Numbered from the stretch's first letter, positions 39,591 to 54,340 are shown. The stretch: DNA of 64,000 nucleotides from Octopus vulgaris (GCA_951406725.2 OX597816.1:60326001-60390000), one strand, 5' to 3'. The notes: a model not told the origin generated them from the letters alone. A program made the numbers and translations.

Positions 39591-39983
39591 GGCGCAGGAG
39601 TGGCTGTGTGGTAAGTAGCTTGCTTACCAACAACATGGTTCCGGGTTCAGTCCCACTGCGTGGCATCTTGGGCAAGTGTCTTCTGCTATAGCCTTGGGCC
39701 GACCAATGCCTTTTGAGTGGATTTGGTAGACAGAAACTGAAAGAAGCCTGTCGTATATATGTATATATATATATGTGTGTGTATATGTTTGTGTGTCTGT
39801 GTTTGTCCACCCCAACGATGCTGGTGTGTTTACGTCCCCGTCACTTAGTGGTTCAGCAAAAGAGACTGATAGAATAAGTACTGGGCTTACAAAGAATCAG
39901 TCCTGGGGTCGATTTGCTCCACTAAAGGCGGTGCTCCAGCATGGCCGCAGTCAAATGACAGAAACAAGTAAAAGAGTAAAGAG
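39591..39983 (+). mobile_element. tRNA-derived SINE family A, full length (CORE-like central segment)
   Basis: ggcgcaggagtggctgtgtggtaag (A box), gggttcagtccc (B box-like), ggcatcttgggcaagtgtctt, internal (TA/TG)n, tail (aaaagagt)n. Confidence 0.85.
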
Positions 39984-40909
39984 CAAATATATATATGTAT
40001 ATATATATAACTGTGTAGTTAAAAAGTTTGATTTGTAACCATGGGATTCCAGGTTCAGTCCATCTGCATGGCATCTTGAGCAAGACTTTTATTATAGTCC
40101 CATATAGACCAATGCTGTGCATGTGTTTTTTATAGACCACCGGGCAAAAATGCTTAGCGGTATTTCGTCTGTCTTTACATTCTGAGTTCAAATTCCACCG
40201 AGCTCAACTTTGCCTTTCATCCTTTCATCATGGTCGGAGGATCGCGGTTTCGATTTCCAGACTGGGCCTTGTGTGTGTTTATTGAAAAAACACTGAAAAG
40301 CTCCACGAGGCTCCAGCAGGGGGTGGTGGCAACCCCTGTTGTACTCTTTCGCCACAACTATCTCTCACTCTCTCTTCCTGTTTCTTGAGTAATGCTGCAA
40401 TGGACTGGCATCCCGTCCAGCTGAGGGGAACACATACGCCACAGAAACCAGGAAACTGGGCCCATGACCCTGGTTAGGCTTGATAAGGGTGACGTTTTTT
40501 ATGTATGTATGCATTCATGCACATGTGTATGTGTATCTTTGTGTATATGTGTGTCACCCAGCACCACTTGACAACTAGTGCTGGTTTGCTTACATCCTCA
40601 TAACTTAGCAGTTCAGCAAAAGAGACTGACAGAATAAGTACCAGATTTTAAAAATAAGTGCTAGGGTTGTTTTGTTCCTCTAAATCCTTCAAAGTAGTGC
40701 TCTAGTATGGCCACAGTCCAATGACTAGAACAAGTAATAAATAAAAATGAACCTAATAAGTCACATTTTGTTAATTCAGCTAATTGAGGCATTTATTCAC
40801 TGAAAGTATGTATCTACAATTAATTAGGAGCTATGACCTATGTCTACAGGAAACAAGTCAACAGAGAAAGAAAGAATTTCAATTATACTCATATGAAAAA
40901 CTATATAAA

Positions 40910-42476
40910 CAGGAGTGGCTGTGTGGTAAGTAGCTTGCTTACCAACCACATGGTTCCAGGTTCATTCCCACTGCATGGCACCTTGGGCAAGTGTCTTCTA
41001 CTATAGCTTTGGGCGGAAAAAAGCCTCGTGAGTGGATTTGGTAGATGGAAACTGAAGGAAGCCTGTTGTATATATGTATGCATATATATATATATATATA
41101 TATATGTCCCCTGAACCACCCCTCCACTGGTGCTCCCCTATATTTCTGCACCCCCCACCACCATTATAGGTGTCTACTCTTTGAACCCCCTCTTCAATAC
41201 GCTATTTCACCATGCATTACCCCTCTCTCGATATCCTACGTTCTACTTGCCTAGAACCTGTCCTCTGAACTACCACCCCCCACTGGTGCTCCCCTATATT
41301 TCTACACCCCCCCACCACCATTATAGGTGTCTACTCTTTGAACCCCCTCTTCAATACGCTATTCACCATGCATTACCCCTCTCTCGATATCCTACGTTCT
41401 ACTTGCCTAGAACCTGTCCTCTGAACCACCCCTCCCACTGGTGCTCCCCTATATTTCTGCACCCCCCCCACCACCATTATAGGTGTCTACTCTTTGAACC
41501 CCCCTCTTCAATACGCTATTTCACCATGCATTACCCCTCTCTCGATATCCTACGTTCTACTTGCCTAGAACCTGTCCCCTGAACCACCCCTCCCACTGGT
41601 GCTCCCCTATATCTCTGCACCCCCCACCACCATTATAGGTGTCTACTCTTTGAACCCCCTCTTCAATACGCTATTTCACCATGCATTACCCCTCTCTCGA
41701 TATCCTACGTTCTACTTGCCTAGAACCTGTCCTCTGAACCACCACCCCCACTGGTGCTCCCCTATATTTCTACACCCCCCACCACCATTATAGGTGTCTA
41801 CTCTTTGAACCCCCTCTTCAATACGCTATTCACCATGCATTACCCCTCTCTCGATATCCTACGTTCTACTTGCCTAGAACCTGTCCTCTGAACCACCCCT
41901 CCCACTGGTGCTCACCCCTCCCACTGGTGCTCCCCTATATTTCTGCACCCCCCCCCCCATAAAAAGCACCATCCGAACGTGGCCGATGCCAGACCCCTCT
42001 GGCACCTGTGCAGGTGGCACGTAAAAAACACCCACTACACTCGCGGAGTGGTTGGCGTTAGGAAGGGCATCCAGCTGTAGAAACACTGCCCGACTAGACT
42101 GGAGCCTGGGGCAGTCCCGAGCTCCCCAGACCCCGGTCGAAACCGTCCAACCCGTGCTAGCGCGGAAAACGGACGTTAAACGATGATGATGATGATGATG
42201 ATGATATCTATATATATATGTATGTATGTATGTATGTGTGTGTGTGTGTGTGTGTGTATGTTTGTGTGTCTGTGTTTGTCCCCCACCCCCAACATCGCTT
42301 GACAACTGATATTGGTGTGTTTACGGTCCCGTAACTTAGTGGTTCGGCAAAAGAGACTGATAGAATAAGTACAAGGCTTCCAGGGAATAGGTCCTGGGGT
42401 TGATTTGCTTGACTAAAGGCGGTGCTCCAGCATGGCCACAGTCAAATGACTGAAACAAGTAAAAGAGTAAAGAGTA
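40910..42476 (+). mobile_element. SINE A split by a nested minisatellite and an RTE tail
   Basis: 5' half 40910-41070, 3' half about 42270-42476. Confidence 0.75.
41105..41955. repeat. Tandem repeat, ~155-bp unit, about 5.4 copies
   Basis: Unit ctgaaccacccctcccactggtgctcccc...ctacttgcctagaacctgtcc recurs about every 155 bp; differences are mostly homopolymer length. Confidence 0.95.
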
Positions 42477-44108
42477 AACAATATCTCCACTGGATATATG
42501 TGCTGAAATATTGTTCTAAAAGACCAACCAAATGACCACTGCATATATATATCAGTTTCAAATTTTGGCACAAGGCCAGCAATCTTTTGTTGAGTTGGGG
42601 TGGAATAAGTCGATAACATTGATCCTAGTGCTTAACTGGTACTTATTTTATTGACTACAAAAGGATGAAAGGTGAAGTCAATCATGGTAGAATTTAAACT
42701 CAGAATGCAAAGGCAGACAAAATGTCAATAAGCATTTTGCTTGCAATCATATAAAATATCACATGCATACACACTCACACATAAACACACACTAATACAT
42801 GTATGCATGCCTACATGTATACATGTATGCATACATGTATACATACATAAACAAACATAAATACTTATGCAGACTCAGCCATCACAACAGAATTGATATA
42901 CTAAAACCAAAGTGATGGTGCCGAGCAAAAAGCACCCAATACACTCTGTAAAGTGGTTGGTGTTAGGAAGGACACCCAGTTGCAGAAACCAAGCTACAAC
43001 AGGCTATGGAACCAGGTACAGCCCTAGCCTTGCCAGTTCCTGACAAGCTGTTCAACTCATACCAGCATAGAAAATGGGTGTAAAATGCTGTTGTTGATGA
43101 TGATGACACTGATGCCAATGACACCGCCACCACTGACAACGACAAAGTCAATGATGGTGATGGTGATCCAGGAAAATTTTACCTGATTTTATTAAAAATT
43201 AGTAACCGATAACTTCTAATGTATTAACCATTCATTCTAAAATAACCCATATTATACATATGTATATATATATTTACAACCTATAGGGACTGATTAATTT
43301 TATATTTTATTTTTCTATGCGAGAGATATCAGATATTAGGATTTTGACTGGTAATTATAACAAACATGAAGATTTCTGTTAACCAAACAGAAACTTACTT
43401 TTTGAAAGGCAGTAAAATTAACTGAATCAGTGCCAATAGGATCTGAACTCAGAGCCAAAAGAAACAAAATCAAATAATAAATACACTTATCTTGGTGCTA
43501 TACCAATTTAGCTGTTTTCACTGCACCATGAGAAAGAAACCATTAGAGCTTCAAACTTTTAACATAAAAACCACAGATGGATGAGGTTTTGAACAGAGTA
43601 GTTGAACATGTTTACAGATGTCAAGTGTGTGGTCTCTCAGCAACTGTTTAATAGGCTATTCTCAGTGGTTGTTGAGATTAGCAGGTTGTAACCAAAGTTA
43701 TTGATATAGATTTTTTTTAGGAAAGATTTTGTTGAGAAATATTGAACATATTGCCAGCAGAATTGTGCCAAGTGTAACAATCAGCCATTTCTACAAATAA
43801 TATATCCGATCCATCATGGTCAATGCCTGGTTTTTAACTAGGGCCTTTATTCAAGAAGTAGGCTCAATATATTATAACAATCTACATGCTCACGTGTATA
43901 CACAAACATACACACTCATAAACAATAAAACAGTTTATATGCAGCAACACAACCTACCAAAAACAATAAATCTCTCTCAATTCAATCCTACTAGTTTTAA
44001 AAAGGGCAAAATAAATAAACAAAAAAATGATAATCATCATCATTATCATATGCTCAGGGTTTTTTGTCTTGCAAGTTATTCAGTGACCATGTTGGTGCTG
44101 GTGTTATG

Positions 44109-44336
44109 TTAACCCTTTAGCATTCAGATTGATCTGTCAACTGTAAAGCCTGTTTAATTACATTGTTTTAAATTAATTGTACAGCATCTTGTAACTCTGA
44201 GATTTTGATGATGCCCTTGTTTATTTTTAGAATGACTTTGTAGGGTAGGTGTGAAAGGTCAGAGCTGGCTGGTTTGAGCATAAAACAGGAAGACAATTTT
44301 GGCCTCATATGGTTGGTTTAAACACTAAAGGGTTAA
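44109..44336. mobile_element. piggyBac-like MITE with TTAA TSD
   Basis: TTAA-ccctttag ... ctaaaggg-TTAA; inserted into an RTE tail repeat. Confidence 0.75.
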
Positions 44337-44740
44337 ATCACATGCACCAGTGCCCAGTGTCACATAAAGGGCACTCAGTGTTCTCTGCAAAGTGGTTGGC
44401 ATTAAGATGGGCATCCAGCTGCAGAAATAAAGTCCAAACATACAGCTGGTACCTGGTGCAGCTCTCTGGAATACCAGCTCTAACCAGACTGTCCAACCTA
44501 TGCCAGCAAGGAAAACGGATGTTAAATGTTGATGATGGAGAGGGAGGCTGGTATGCATGGATGACTACTGGTTTTCCATAAACAACCTTGTCTGGACTTA
44601 TGCCTCAGAGTGGAACTTTCTAAGTGCAAAAGTGCAATCCCATGGTCATTCCTGACCAAAGGCATCTTTTACCCTTTACATTTTTACTTGTTTACAACCG
44701 TTATGTAACATCAAGACAAGGATGCATGCACACACATACT

Positions 44741-44777
<37 letters not shown>

Positions 44778-44879
44778 CATATGTATATATATATATATAC
44801 ATACATATATATATATATATATATACATACACTGCATATGCATATATACATACATATATACATATACATATATATAAAC

Positions 44880-45920
44880 ATGTGGTGAAGCACGACCTTC
44901 GAACTCTAGGTCTCACCAAGGAAATGACCAGAGACCGAGACCTATGGAAGTATGCTGTACGTGAGAAGACCCGGCAAAACCAGTGAGAACAATCAAAATC
45001 ATATATCAGAAAGCAGGGGTTAAGTGACCCATCCGTTCGTGTCTGCTGTCAGCCTCGTCTGGCACCCGTGCCGGTGATACGTAAAAGCACCATTCGCTCG
45101 TGGCCGTTTGCCAGCTCTGCCTGGCCCCGTGTCGGTGGCACGTAAAAGCACCATCCGTTCGTGTTCGTTGCCAGCCTCGCCTGGCCCCGTGCCGGTGACA
45201 CATAAAAGCACCGTCCGTTCGTGGCTGTTTGCCAGCTTTGTCTGGCCCCATGTCGGTGGCACGTAAAAGCACCATCCGTTCGTGGCCATTTGCCAGCTCT
45301 GTCTGGCCCCATGTCGGTGGCACGTAAAAGCACCATCCGTTCGTGTCCGTTGCCAGCCTCGGCTGGCCCCCGTGCCGGTGACACGTAAAAGCACCGTCCG
45401 CTCGTGGCCGCTTGCCAGCTCTGTCTGGCAACCGTGTCGGTGGCACGTAAAAGCACCATCCGTTCGCGTCCGTTGCCAGCCTCGGCTGGCCCCCGTGCCG
45501 GTGACACGTAAAAGCACCGTCCGCTCGTGGCCACTTGCCAGCTCTGTCTGGCAACCGTGTCGGTGGCACGTAAAAGCACCATCCGTTCGTGTTCGTTGCC
45601 AGCCTCGGCTGGCCCCCGTGTCGGTGGCACGTAAAAGCACCATCCGTTCGTGTCCGTTGCCAGCATCGCCTGGCCCCGTGCCGGTGACACGTAAAAGCAC
45701 CATCCGTTCGTGGCCGTTCGCCAGCTCTGTCTGGCACCCGTGCAGGTGGCATGTAAAAAACACCCACTACACTCGCGGAGTGGTTAGCGTTAGGAAGGGC
45801 ATCCAGCCGTAGAAACACTGCCAGATCTGACTGGGCCTGACGAAGCCTTCCAGCTTCACAGACCCCAGTTGACCCGTCCAACCCATGCTAGCATGGAAAG
45901 CGGACGCTAAACGATGATGA
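44880..45920 (+). mobile_element. Young RTE 3' end with an expanded ~60-bp tandem array in its 3' UTR
   Basis: [34 protein letters not shown]; about 12 CpG-rich units (45028-45760); conserved tail and (GAT)n. Confidence 0.85.
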
Positions 45921-46725
<805 letters not shown>

Positions 46726-47249
46726 CATTATAATAATAATTTTTCCATCATCTCAGCTTAACAACCCTCATCGTTTGTTTTTACTGTTTTGTTCTCATTG
46801 TTCTGTCTTTTACTGTTTTTACTTTTTATTGTTTTTACTGTTTTGTGTTTTTTCTCTCACTGTCCTGTTCTTGTTACCATTTTCACCCTCCGCAAAAAAT
46901 CCCAAATTTTATTTAATTTGCTTTGCGGGGAGGACTGTTTCAATGAAGTCGTGTCTTGTCCTTGCCTTTGAAACATGATGTAGTTGAAACAGGGACAACT
47001 GAAGAAGGGGAATATTCTTTATATTGCATGTCTCGTTTCTCTGTTTGTTTGTTTTCGTTGTCCAAAACAAAGTTTGTTTCTATGCTTTTGTTTTTATGTT
47101 TTCATTTCTCATTGTGTTCAATGCTTTTTTGATATCCTGTACCTATATATGCATGTATATATACATATATATGTAGGTATGTACATACATGTATGTATAT
47201 ATGCATACATTTATATTATTATTATTATTATTATTATATATGTATATAT

Positions 47250-47411
47250 AGATGGCCTTGCTCGATCTGTAGAAAAGGTGTAAGTAGAAACTCCATAAGA
47301 TGTACCCAGTGTAAGCTATGGATGCATAAAAGGTCCATCAACATCAAAGGAAGCTTAACTGGGATGCATAAAAGGTCCATCAACATCAAAGGAAGCTTAA
47401 CTGGGATGCAT
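47250..47411 (+). mobile_element. RTE internal Cys-rich (PHD-like) fragment with a 42-bp tandem duplication
   Basis: RWPCSICRKGVSRNSIRCTQCKLWMHKR; 47320-47361 repeated at 47362-47403. Confidence 0.65.
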
Positions 47412-47732
47412 TTCATCCACACATAAATATCCATTATGACTTGTCCTATATATAAAGCTGTTACACTGAGAAGTGGGATGGTCCACTAATAAATAGTGGA
47501 CTGACACAGTCAGTAATGTCAGTCAGTGAGGCACGCTGTTCAGGCCAGTCTCGCAGAGATGACGAAATGTGTTGTCATAATGCGGGACATAACAATAAGT
47601 ATATCACAATATACTAATTTTATTCAATATACAGTCACTGCATATGTTTCCTATGGTAACATAAATGGGTTCTGTATAGATGCTACAATTTTCATGTAAT
47701 AAAATATAGATAGTGGCACTATACAGTATATA

Positions 47733-48298
47733 TTGGATTGTCTGGAAAGTTTGTGCCGATTTTTAAAGGAAAGAAAAAGGTCAATAAATACTTGCCATTA
47801 CATTTTTAATCAACCAAATATGAACCATTTTGTTGCACAATGCGTCTCCATCTTTCCCTTAACTTGAAAATACCCTCTTCCCAGAATTGAGGTGGTTTCA
47901 TGGCAAAGAATTCATCATGGTATCTTTTTATGCTATCCAACGAATTGAAATTTTTACCATTAAGACTATTCTGCAGAGATCTGAATAAGTGGAAATCCGA
48001 AGGAGCAATATCTGGTGAAAATGGAGGGTGGGGTAACACATCCCAGCTAAGCTGCAGCAATTTTTGTCTGGTTCCAAAAGCATCAAGTGCCGAAAATGAA
48101 CTTTCTTATCTTCCATTTTAAAGGGTTACAGAATTAACACAGGTTATAGGAATATAAACCTTCTTCCAAGAAAAGATAGCTTAAACTGTGCTCTAAATGG
48201 AGGTGTAGTCAAATCCTATTTTATGGACTCAACCATGTTCTAAAATAAGTCGAAAGGTAAGCTACAATGAATCGGCAGGAACTTTCCGGACAACCCAA
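47733..48298 (-). mobile_element. mariner transposon, internally deleted and non-autonomous
   Basis: Imperfect 29-bp TIRs (ttggattgtctggaaagtttgtgccgatt / aatcggcaggaactttccggacaacccaa), TA TSD; N-terminus MEDKKVHFRHLML joined to C-terminus WDVLPHPPFSPDIAPSDFHLF...ERWRRIVQQNGSY. Confidence 0.9.
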
Positions 48299-49882
48299 TA
48301 TTTCATACATTGCAAGTATACATTGTACAGTGCATCATATATTACAAAACATAATTTAAGCATTCTTACATGGAGTGTTTTTTATAAACATAGTTGGAAT
48401 GCAATATCCTTAGTTGTTCTTATTATATATACACAGTTTCTAGTTTAATTAAGCAGACCTTTTATTACATCTTTTATGAAGGTTTCATTTCCCATCAGAT
48501 TTCATTGATCATTACTTTTTTCTGTGTAGAACCTCAGATTCTAACTTCTAGAATATAAATACATAAAGAAATTTAGCACAGGAGATGAAAAATAACACAT
48601 GTTGTTTTGTATTTTCATCCCCAAAAAGGAGTTGAACTCATGGAATTCTCTGTTAGTTCTACCACTGAATTATGTGATAAAATATTATGTAAGCAATAAG
48701 CAAGTCAAAAGAGAAAGAAATTCATATATGTAGTAACACAATGAAGTTTATTATAGAAGATTCCTACACCACAAAGTACTTATTTGGGGAACAGAGAAAG
48801 GGAAGGGATACAGGGATTGTATGTCTACTTGAAGAAACCAACAGAGAATCATATGTTATGTTACTGGGTAAAGAGAAATCTATCACTCTTGTAGGTTACG
48901 GTTGTTGTTTAGTTCCAAGTCAGTCCTGACTAATCTGACATATGATCAGAGACATTCCAGTCAGTTGTTATCATGCCATACAAAAAAGAGACATTATTTT
49001 TTTCCCCCCTTTCTTGTTAGACAGTGGACTATGTTCGTGGAAGATTGAGAAACAATGTAGAAGGTTTCTCAGACATCTAGGTATGAGTGTTAAGAAAGAC
49101 CAAAGATGGTTGAACAAATACTTAATCTGAGGTTAGCTTTGCCTTTCATCCTTCTTAGGTCAGTGTGAGTCTGCTGCCCTAACCACTGGGCAATTGCGCA
49201 TCCAAAGATAAGTAATTACTTCATCAAAATCTCGAGGCCACAAATTAATGGTGGTTAAATCAAAACACTGTAAATGAATAATCATTTCTTTGACTTGGCA
49301 GAGTAACTTGAATGCTAAAGAGTTAAAGCCTTGTAAAGAGTCAAGCAAAGTGTCCTTCCTGTTTGATTATGCATTCAAAAAATTCTGCATGTATTCATCC
49401 TTAAACTAAATAATTGTCTCAAAATTAACAATAAAAAGCTCATCTCTGAGTTAAAAGAATCTATTAGGAAGACTTTAAAAAAAGAAAAGCTGTTTTTGTT
49501 TTTCTTTTAGGAATAAAATAGCTAGCATTTGAGATTTCTCAATAGTTTAATAACCATTCAGAAGGGAGTGTATCTAGTCAGAGAGATATTCACTGTGGCT
49601 CGTTTGCCATCTGTTGGCAAATCCTCATGCTACTTCATGCTACCCCAAGGTACACAGCTTCAACCTAACGAACGCAGCATTTTGTTATTGTTTTGATGTT
49701 GTTGTTTTTACTACAAGCACTTAGGTCCATGGCCAATTGTTTGTTTAACTTGTAACCTTATCCTGTTGAACATCTCTCCCTATAGACCAGAGATGTAGTA
49801 GGAAAAGAGCAAGGAAGAACATGCCAGATTGGCTAAAGAAATGACTCTGCAAAACTGTAACAACAGAGGATGTAACAAATTA

Positions 49883-49921
<39 letters not shown>

Positions 49922-51127
49922 CAACAAAAAAAAAAAAAGCTACTTATATTCCCTGGCTAAAAGAGAATATTATCTCTTTGTTTGGTAAATTCAACAAGAA
50001 AATATACATTAAAAAAAGGGAAGAAACAAAAAAAAAAACAAGCGAAGAGGTCAAGATGGGGAACAGGGAGAAGAGATACATGGAAATGTTATGATACACA
50101 TTATATAAACAAACTAAGATATCACTATTGTGAACTAACATAATGCAAGTCAATTGGTGGTTATTTTCTTAGAACACTGCAAGCATGATTTGCTTTCTTT
50201 CATTCGTAGCATATACAAACAACTGAGTATTTATTTCCACAAAGGCTACCATCTTTGATATGCGATATTCTATATACTCTCTCTCTCTCTCTCTCTCTAT
50301 TCATTTCTCCCTTCCAGTCTTACAGTAATTCCTAATGTTATAAAGAAATGGATGTTTCATCTTATTTCAATTTATTTATGTATGTCCATGAACAAAAGGC
50401 ACTCATATATATCTGCCCACGCATACACACATAACCCACATAGAAATGCATTGGCCAAGACTTTCACAACCCACGCATGCATCATTCTCGCACACCTACT
50501 CTCATACAAATCAATCTACATGCACGCACATATATAACTCAATGTTACACGCCTACACATGCTCACACACAGATTATCCTGCACATACCCACAAGTATAC
50601 TTAAGCACACAGGTCAAGATCGGTTTTGCAACAAATTGAAATAGGAACAATGAACAGACTAGATTAAGTTTCTGATAAAGATCTCAAGATGCTGAGGTGA
50701 ATAAACCCTGCTTTTAATGCAATTTTAGTGATCCAGATCAAAGTACAACCACGCCATAAATGCTAAAGCATCTGCTGTACTTGGCCAAATACCATAACAA
50801 TGCATGCAATGAGCCAGGGAAGAAACTTGTATGCAGTAACACTATCTGCCTGAAAAAGCAACCAAAATTACCCTTTAAGCTTCACCCTACTATTCTTAAT
50901 ATATTCATATAGTTCCTGGAATAGATGTGTAGTTTAGACATTTGCTTTGCATCCATACAATTTCAGGTTGTATGGTGCACAGCATCAACAGCAAGTGTTT
51001 TCTGTTTTAGACTTGGGTTGAACTAATGTGAACTGACACAACTGTTAAGCGTGCTACACAAAATGCTTAGCAGCATTTCTTCCAGCTCTTTATGTTCTGA
51101 ATTAAAGTCGCACCAAGGTTGACTTTA

Positions 51128-51422
51128 GTGGAGGCACATGGCCTAGTGGTTAGAGCAGCGGACTCGTGGTAGAGGGATCGCGGGTTCGAATCCCAGACCG
51201 GGCGATGTGTGTGTTTATGAGTGAAACACCTAAGCTCCTTGCAGCTCCGGCAGAAGGTAATGGCGAACTTTGGCTGACTCTTTCGCCACAACCTTCACTC
51301 TTTCCTCCTGCATCTTGCTGCTCACCTGCGATGGACTGGTGTCCTGTCCAGGTGGGTAATCTATACGCCAAGGAAACCGGCTCTTATGAGCCAGGCATGG
51401 CTTGAGAAGGAACAAACAACAA
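51128..51422 (+). mobile_element. SINE family B nested in SINE C with 13-bp TSD
   Basis: tggcctagtggttagagcagcggactc...gggttcgaatccc; caaggttgacttt at 51114-51126 and 51423-51435. Confidence 0.85.
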
Positions 51423-53136
51423 CAAGGTTGACTTTGGCCTTTCGTCCTTTCGGGGTTGAAAAAACTAGTAGTTGAGCCCTGAGACTTTGATGTTATCATC
51501 TTACTACTCATCTAAAATTGCTGGCCTCATGCCAAATTTTGAACTTATTATATATGTACAGCTTATTTGAAATCCCAGTGAATGATGATGATGATGATCA
51601 TCATCATCATCATGATGGTTATAGTGATAATAATAATGATGGTGTAACGTTGAAGATGCTGGTTTAAAAAATCATGTAGAGTAACCATGATTGTCACGCG
51701 AAGCACCCCAATACAAAATAGTCAAACTGCATTTGTAGTGCATTCCACATGCTATTTCCCCATGCTACACTCTCAAAAATGTCATACCCAGGCTGTCATA
51801 CCACAACCCACACAATGTACCCTGACTACCACATTGTTCAGTCCCACACACCATGTCCAAACTGCCACACTACATTGCTCATAACTACTACCACTACTAC
51901 TACTGCTGTTGTTGTTGTTATTAAACAACAAGACAGGTAAGGGTGATTAGGTGATGGTCTAGGGCTTAGGGGCAGGAGACCCCAAACCTTGGAAAAAAAT
52001 TTTGGTCGTCTTGTAGTCGAGGGCTCTTTGTTGACGCCCGACACCACTAGGAGTTGGCCCTCGAAGTCGCTGGAAATGGAGATCTCCAGGTTCAATTTCT
52101 TGAAAGGCATGCTGCTGCTGCCACTACTACTACTGCTACTACTTCTACTCCATCACACACAATCAAACACTGATATGACAGACTGAAGTATGACACATCC
52201 TATGAGTTGGATTAATGGACCACACTTCCTGACATGGAATTAGCTATCTTTATTGCACAAAAAATTCTGAAGCAAAGCTAACAGGAGCTTGTAAACATCA
52301 CTTTATAAAGCAATGTGTTCCAGAGCAGAGAATATTCTGAAATGAGAAGAGAATTAAATCATTTATGTCTATTTTCTTAATATTTAACACAAAATTCTCA
52401 GCCACACAAAACTAATCACTAAAGACTGTATAATGACCCAAAGGACAGATTCATTGTTGTTCTCACATAATAAATGCTATCAGTAGGTTAGTTCAAGGTT
52501 CATTTTCTTCCTTATAAAGTGTTAAAGCAATTACAGTAGCTTTCCTTTATAGCACGAGAATATTGCTATGGCAACTAGTGCTTTTGATGAGGAATTTTTA
52601 AACAAGCCAAACTACTAATGACGAATTCCATGGCAAAATGTAGAAGTGATAAAAGATGGCTACAGGAAAACTTTTGAGTTAAAACCAGCTGTCAGTATCA
52701 GCGAGTTGGCAGATAATTAAATCATTGTTAGTAAATTACCTTTAAATTACAATATGCTTACAGGAAGCTGTAGTGTTGTTAATCAGGCAGGTATTTTTTT
52801 TTTTTTTGTGGTGATTGAAATGTCATCTACCAAGATATTTGTGTGTCTAGCCAGAGAATTGCTCTTGATGTTGGAGCAGTATCCTATTAGAAGAGGTCTT
52901 ACTTGAGTTTTGAAGAGAGTAAACAACTGTTTAGGATAGTGCTCTCTGTGTGCCACCAGCACATACATTTATGTATATATATATATATTTATATATATAT
53001 ATATATAGAAACTGTAGAAACACTGCCAGATCAGACTGGAGCCTGGTGCAGCTTTCTGGCTTCCCAGATCCCCGGTCGAACCGTCCAACCCATGCTAGCA
53101 TGGAGAATGGACATTAAACGATGATGATGATGATGA

Positions 53137-53237
<101 letters not shown>

Positions 53238-54087
53238 TGGTGGCCTTCTTTCAGTTTCCATCTATTAAATCCACTAACAATGTCTGGGGCTATAGTAGAA
53301 AACTTTGCCCCAGATGCCATACTGTTGGAATGAACCCAAAGCTACTTGGTTAGAAAGTATGCTTCTCAACCACACAGCCATTCCTACACCTATTGATTAA
53401 CCTTATACAGAATATAATCCTTTCTGTCCTTCTACATGCATAAATCAGCACTGGTGCACATGTTGCCATTTGAGACATGCATAGTGCATAAATGCATATA
53501 TTTCCAGTAGGAGCACCTGTAGATAAGAAACCAGTAAATCAAACTTCTTTAACCTAAGAAGAAGCTGGGGTTGATTTTAAATGTGCTATATACACCAGAG
53601 AAACACCTGACATGTATTACAATTTAAGAGAAGTGTCATCCATCACTTGCAGATTTTAAATGGGTTAATCAATGGTTAATTGCAATTATGTGTGTAAGGT
53701 TACAAAGCAAACGTATGTAACTTGATGCAGAACAAATATCTCAACGAGCTCAGTGGTGCACTGTCTTTTTCTTTTTTTGCTTTCCCACAGATGTTTATGT
53801 TCTTAGTCAATGTATATTGGAAAAAAGATACATACACACACTTACTCTCTCATATACCTTTCATATACACCACATAAACACAACAGGCTTCCATATAATT
53901 TTTATCTGCTAAATTGCCTTCACAGAAATTTAATCACTGTAAGGCTATGACAGAAAACGTTTGTCCAAAATACTGCACAACAGTATTAAATCTGAAACCA
54001 CATGGTTGTGGAGAAAATGTCTTAACCAGACTAACAGATAAACAAAAGACAAAAATGCAATATTATATTTCTGTTATACATATGTGT

Positions 54088-54340
54088 GTGGAGGCACATG
54101 GCTTAGTAGTTAGGGTGTCAGCATCATGATCGTGAGATTGTGGTTTCGATTCCTGGACCGGGCGACGCGTTGTATTCTTGAGCAAAACAATTCATTTCAT
54201 GTTGCTCCAGTCCATTCAGCTTGCAAAAATGAGTAACGCTGCGATAGACTGGCGTCTGTCCAGCTGGGGAACACATATGTCACAGAAACCGGGAAACCGG
54301 GCCCATGAGCCTGGCTAGGCTTTCAAAGGGTGCATTTATT
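54088..54340 (+). mobile_element. tRNA-derived SINE (family B-related)
   Basis: gtggaggcacatggcttagtagttaggg...ggtttcgattcc; same 3' tail as the 29676 copy. Confidence 0.75.

Noticed and set aside
41045-41793. His/Pro-rich ORFs
   Set aside because: By-products of the 155-bp tandem repeat, with frame-breaking homopolymer differences
45006-45881. Multi-frame repeat proteins, or a CRISPR-like array
   Set aside because: Tandem units without unique spacers, no cas genes, eukaryotic RTE 3' UTR context
51128-51205. Genuine tRNA genes at SINE heads (also 29676, 39591, 54088)
   Set aside because: A/B boxes are present but continue into SINE bodies, with TSDs in some copies; no clean cloverleaf with a terminator
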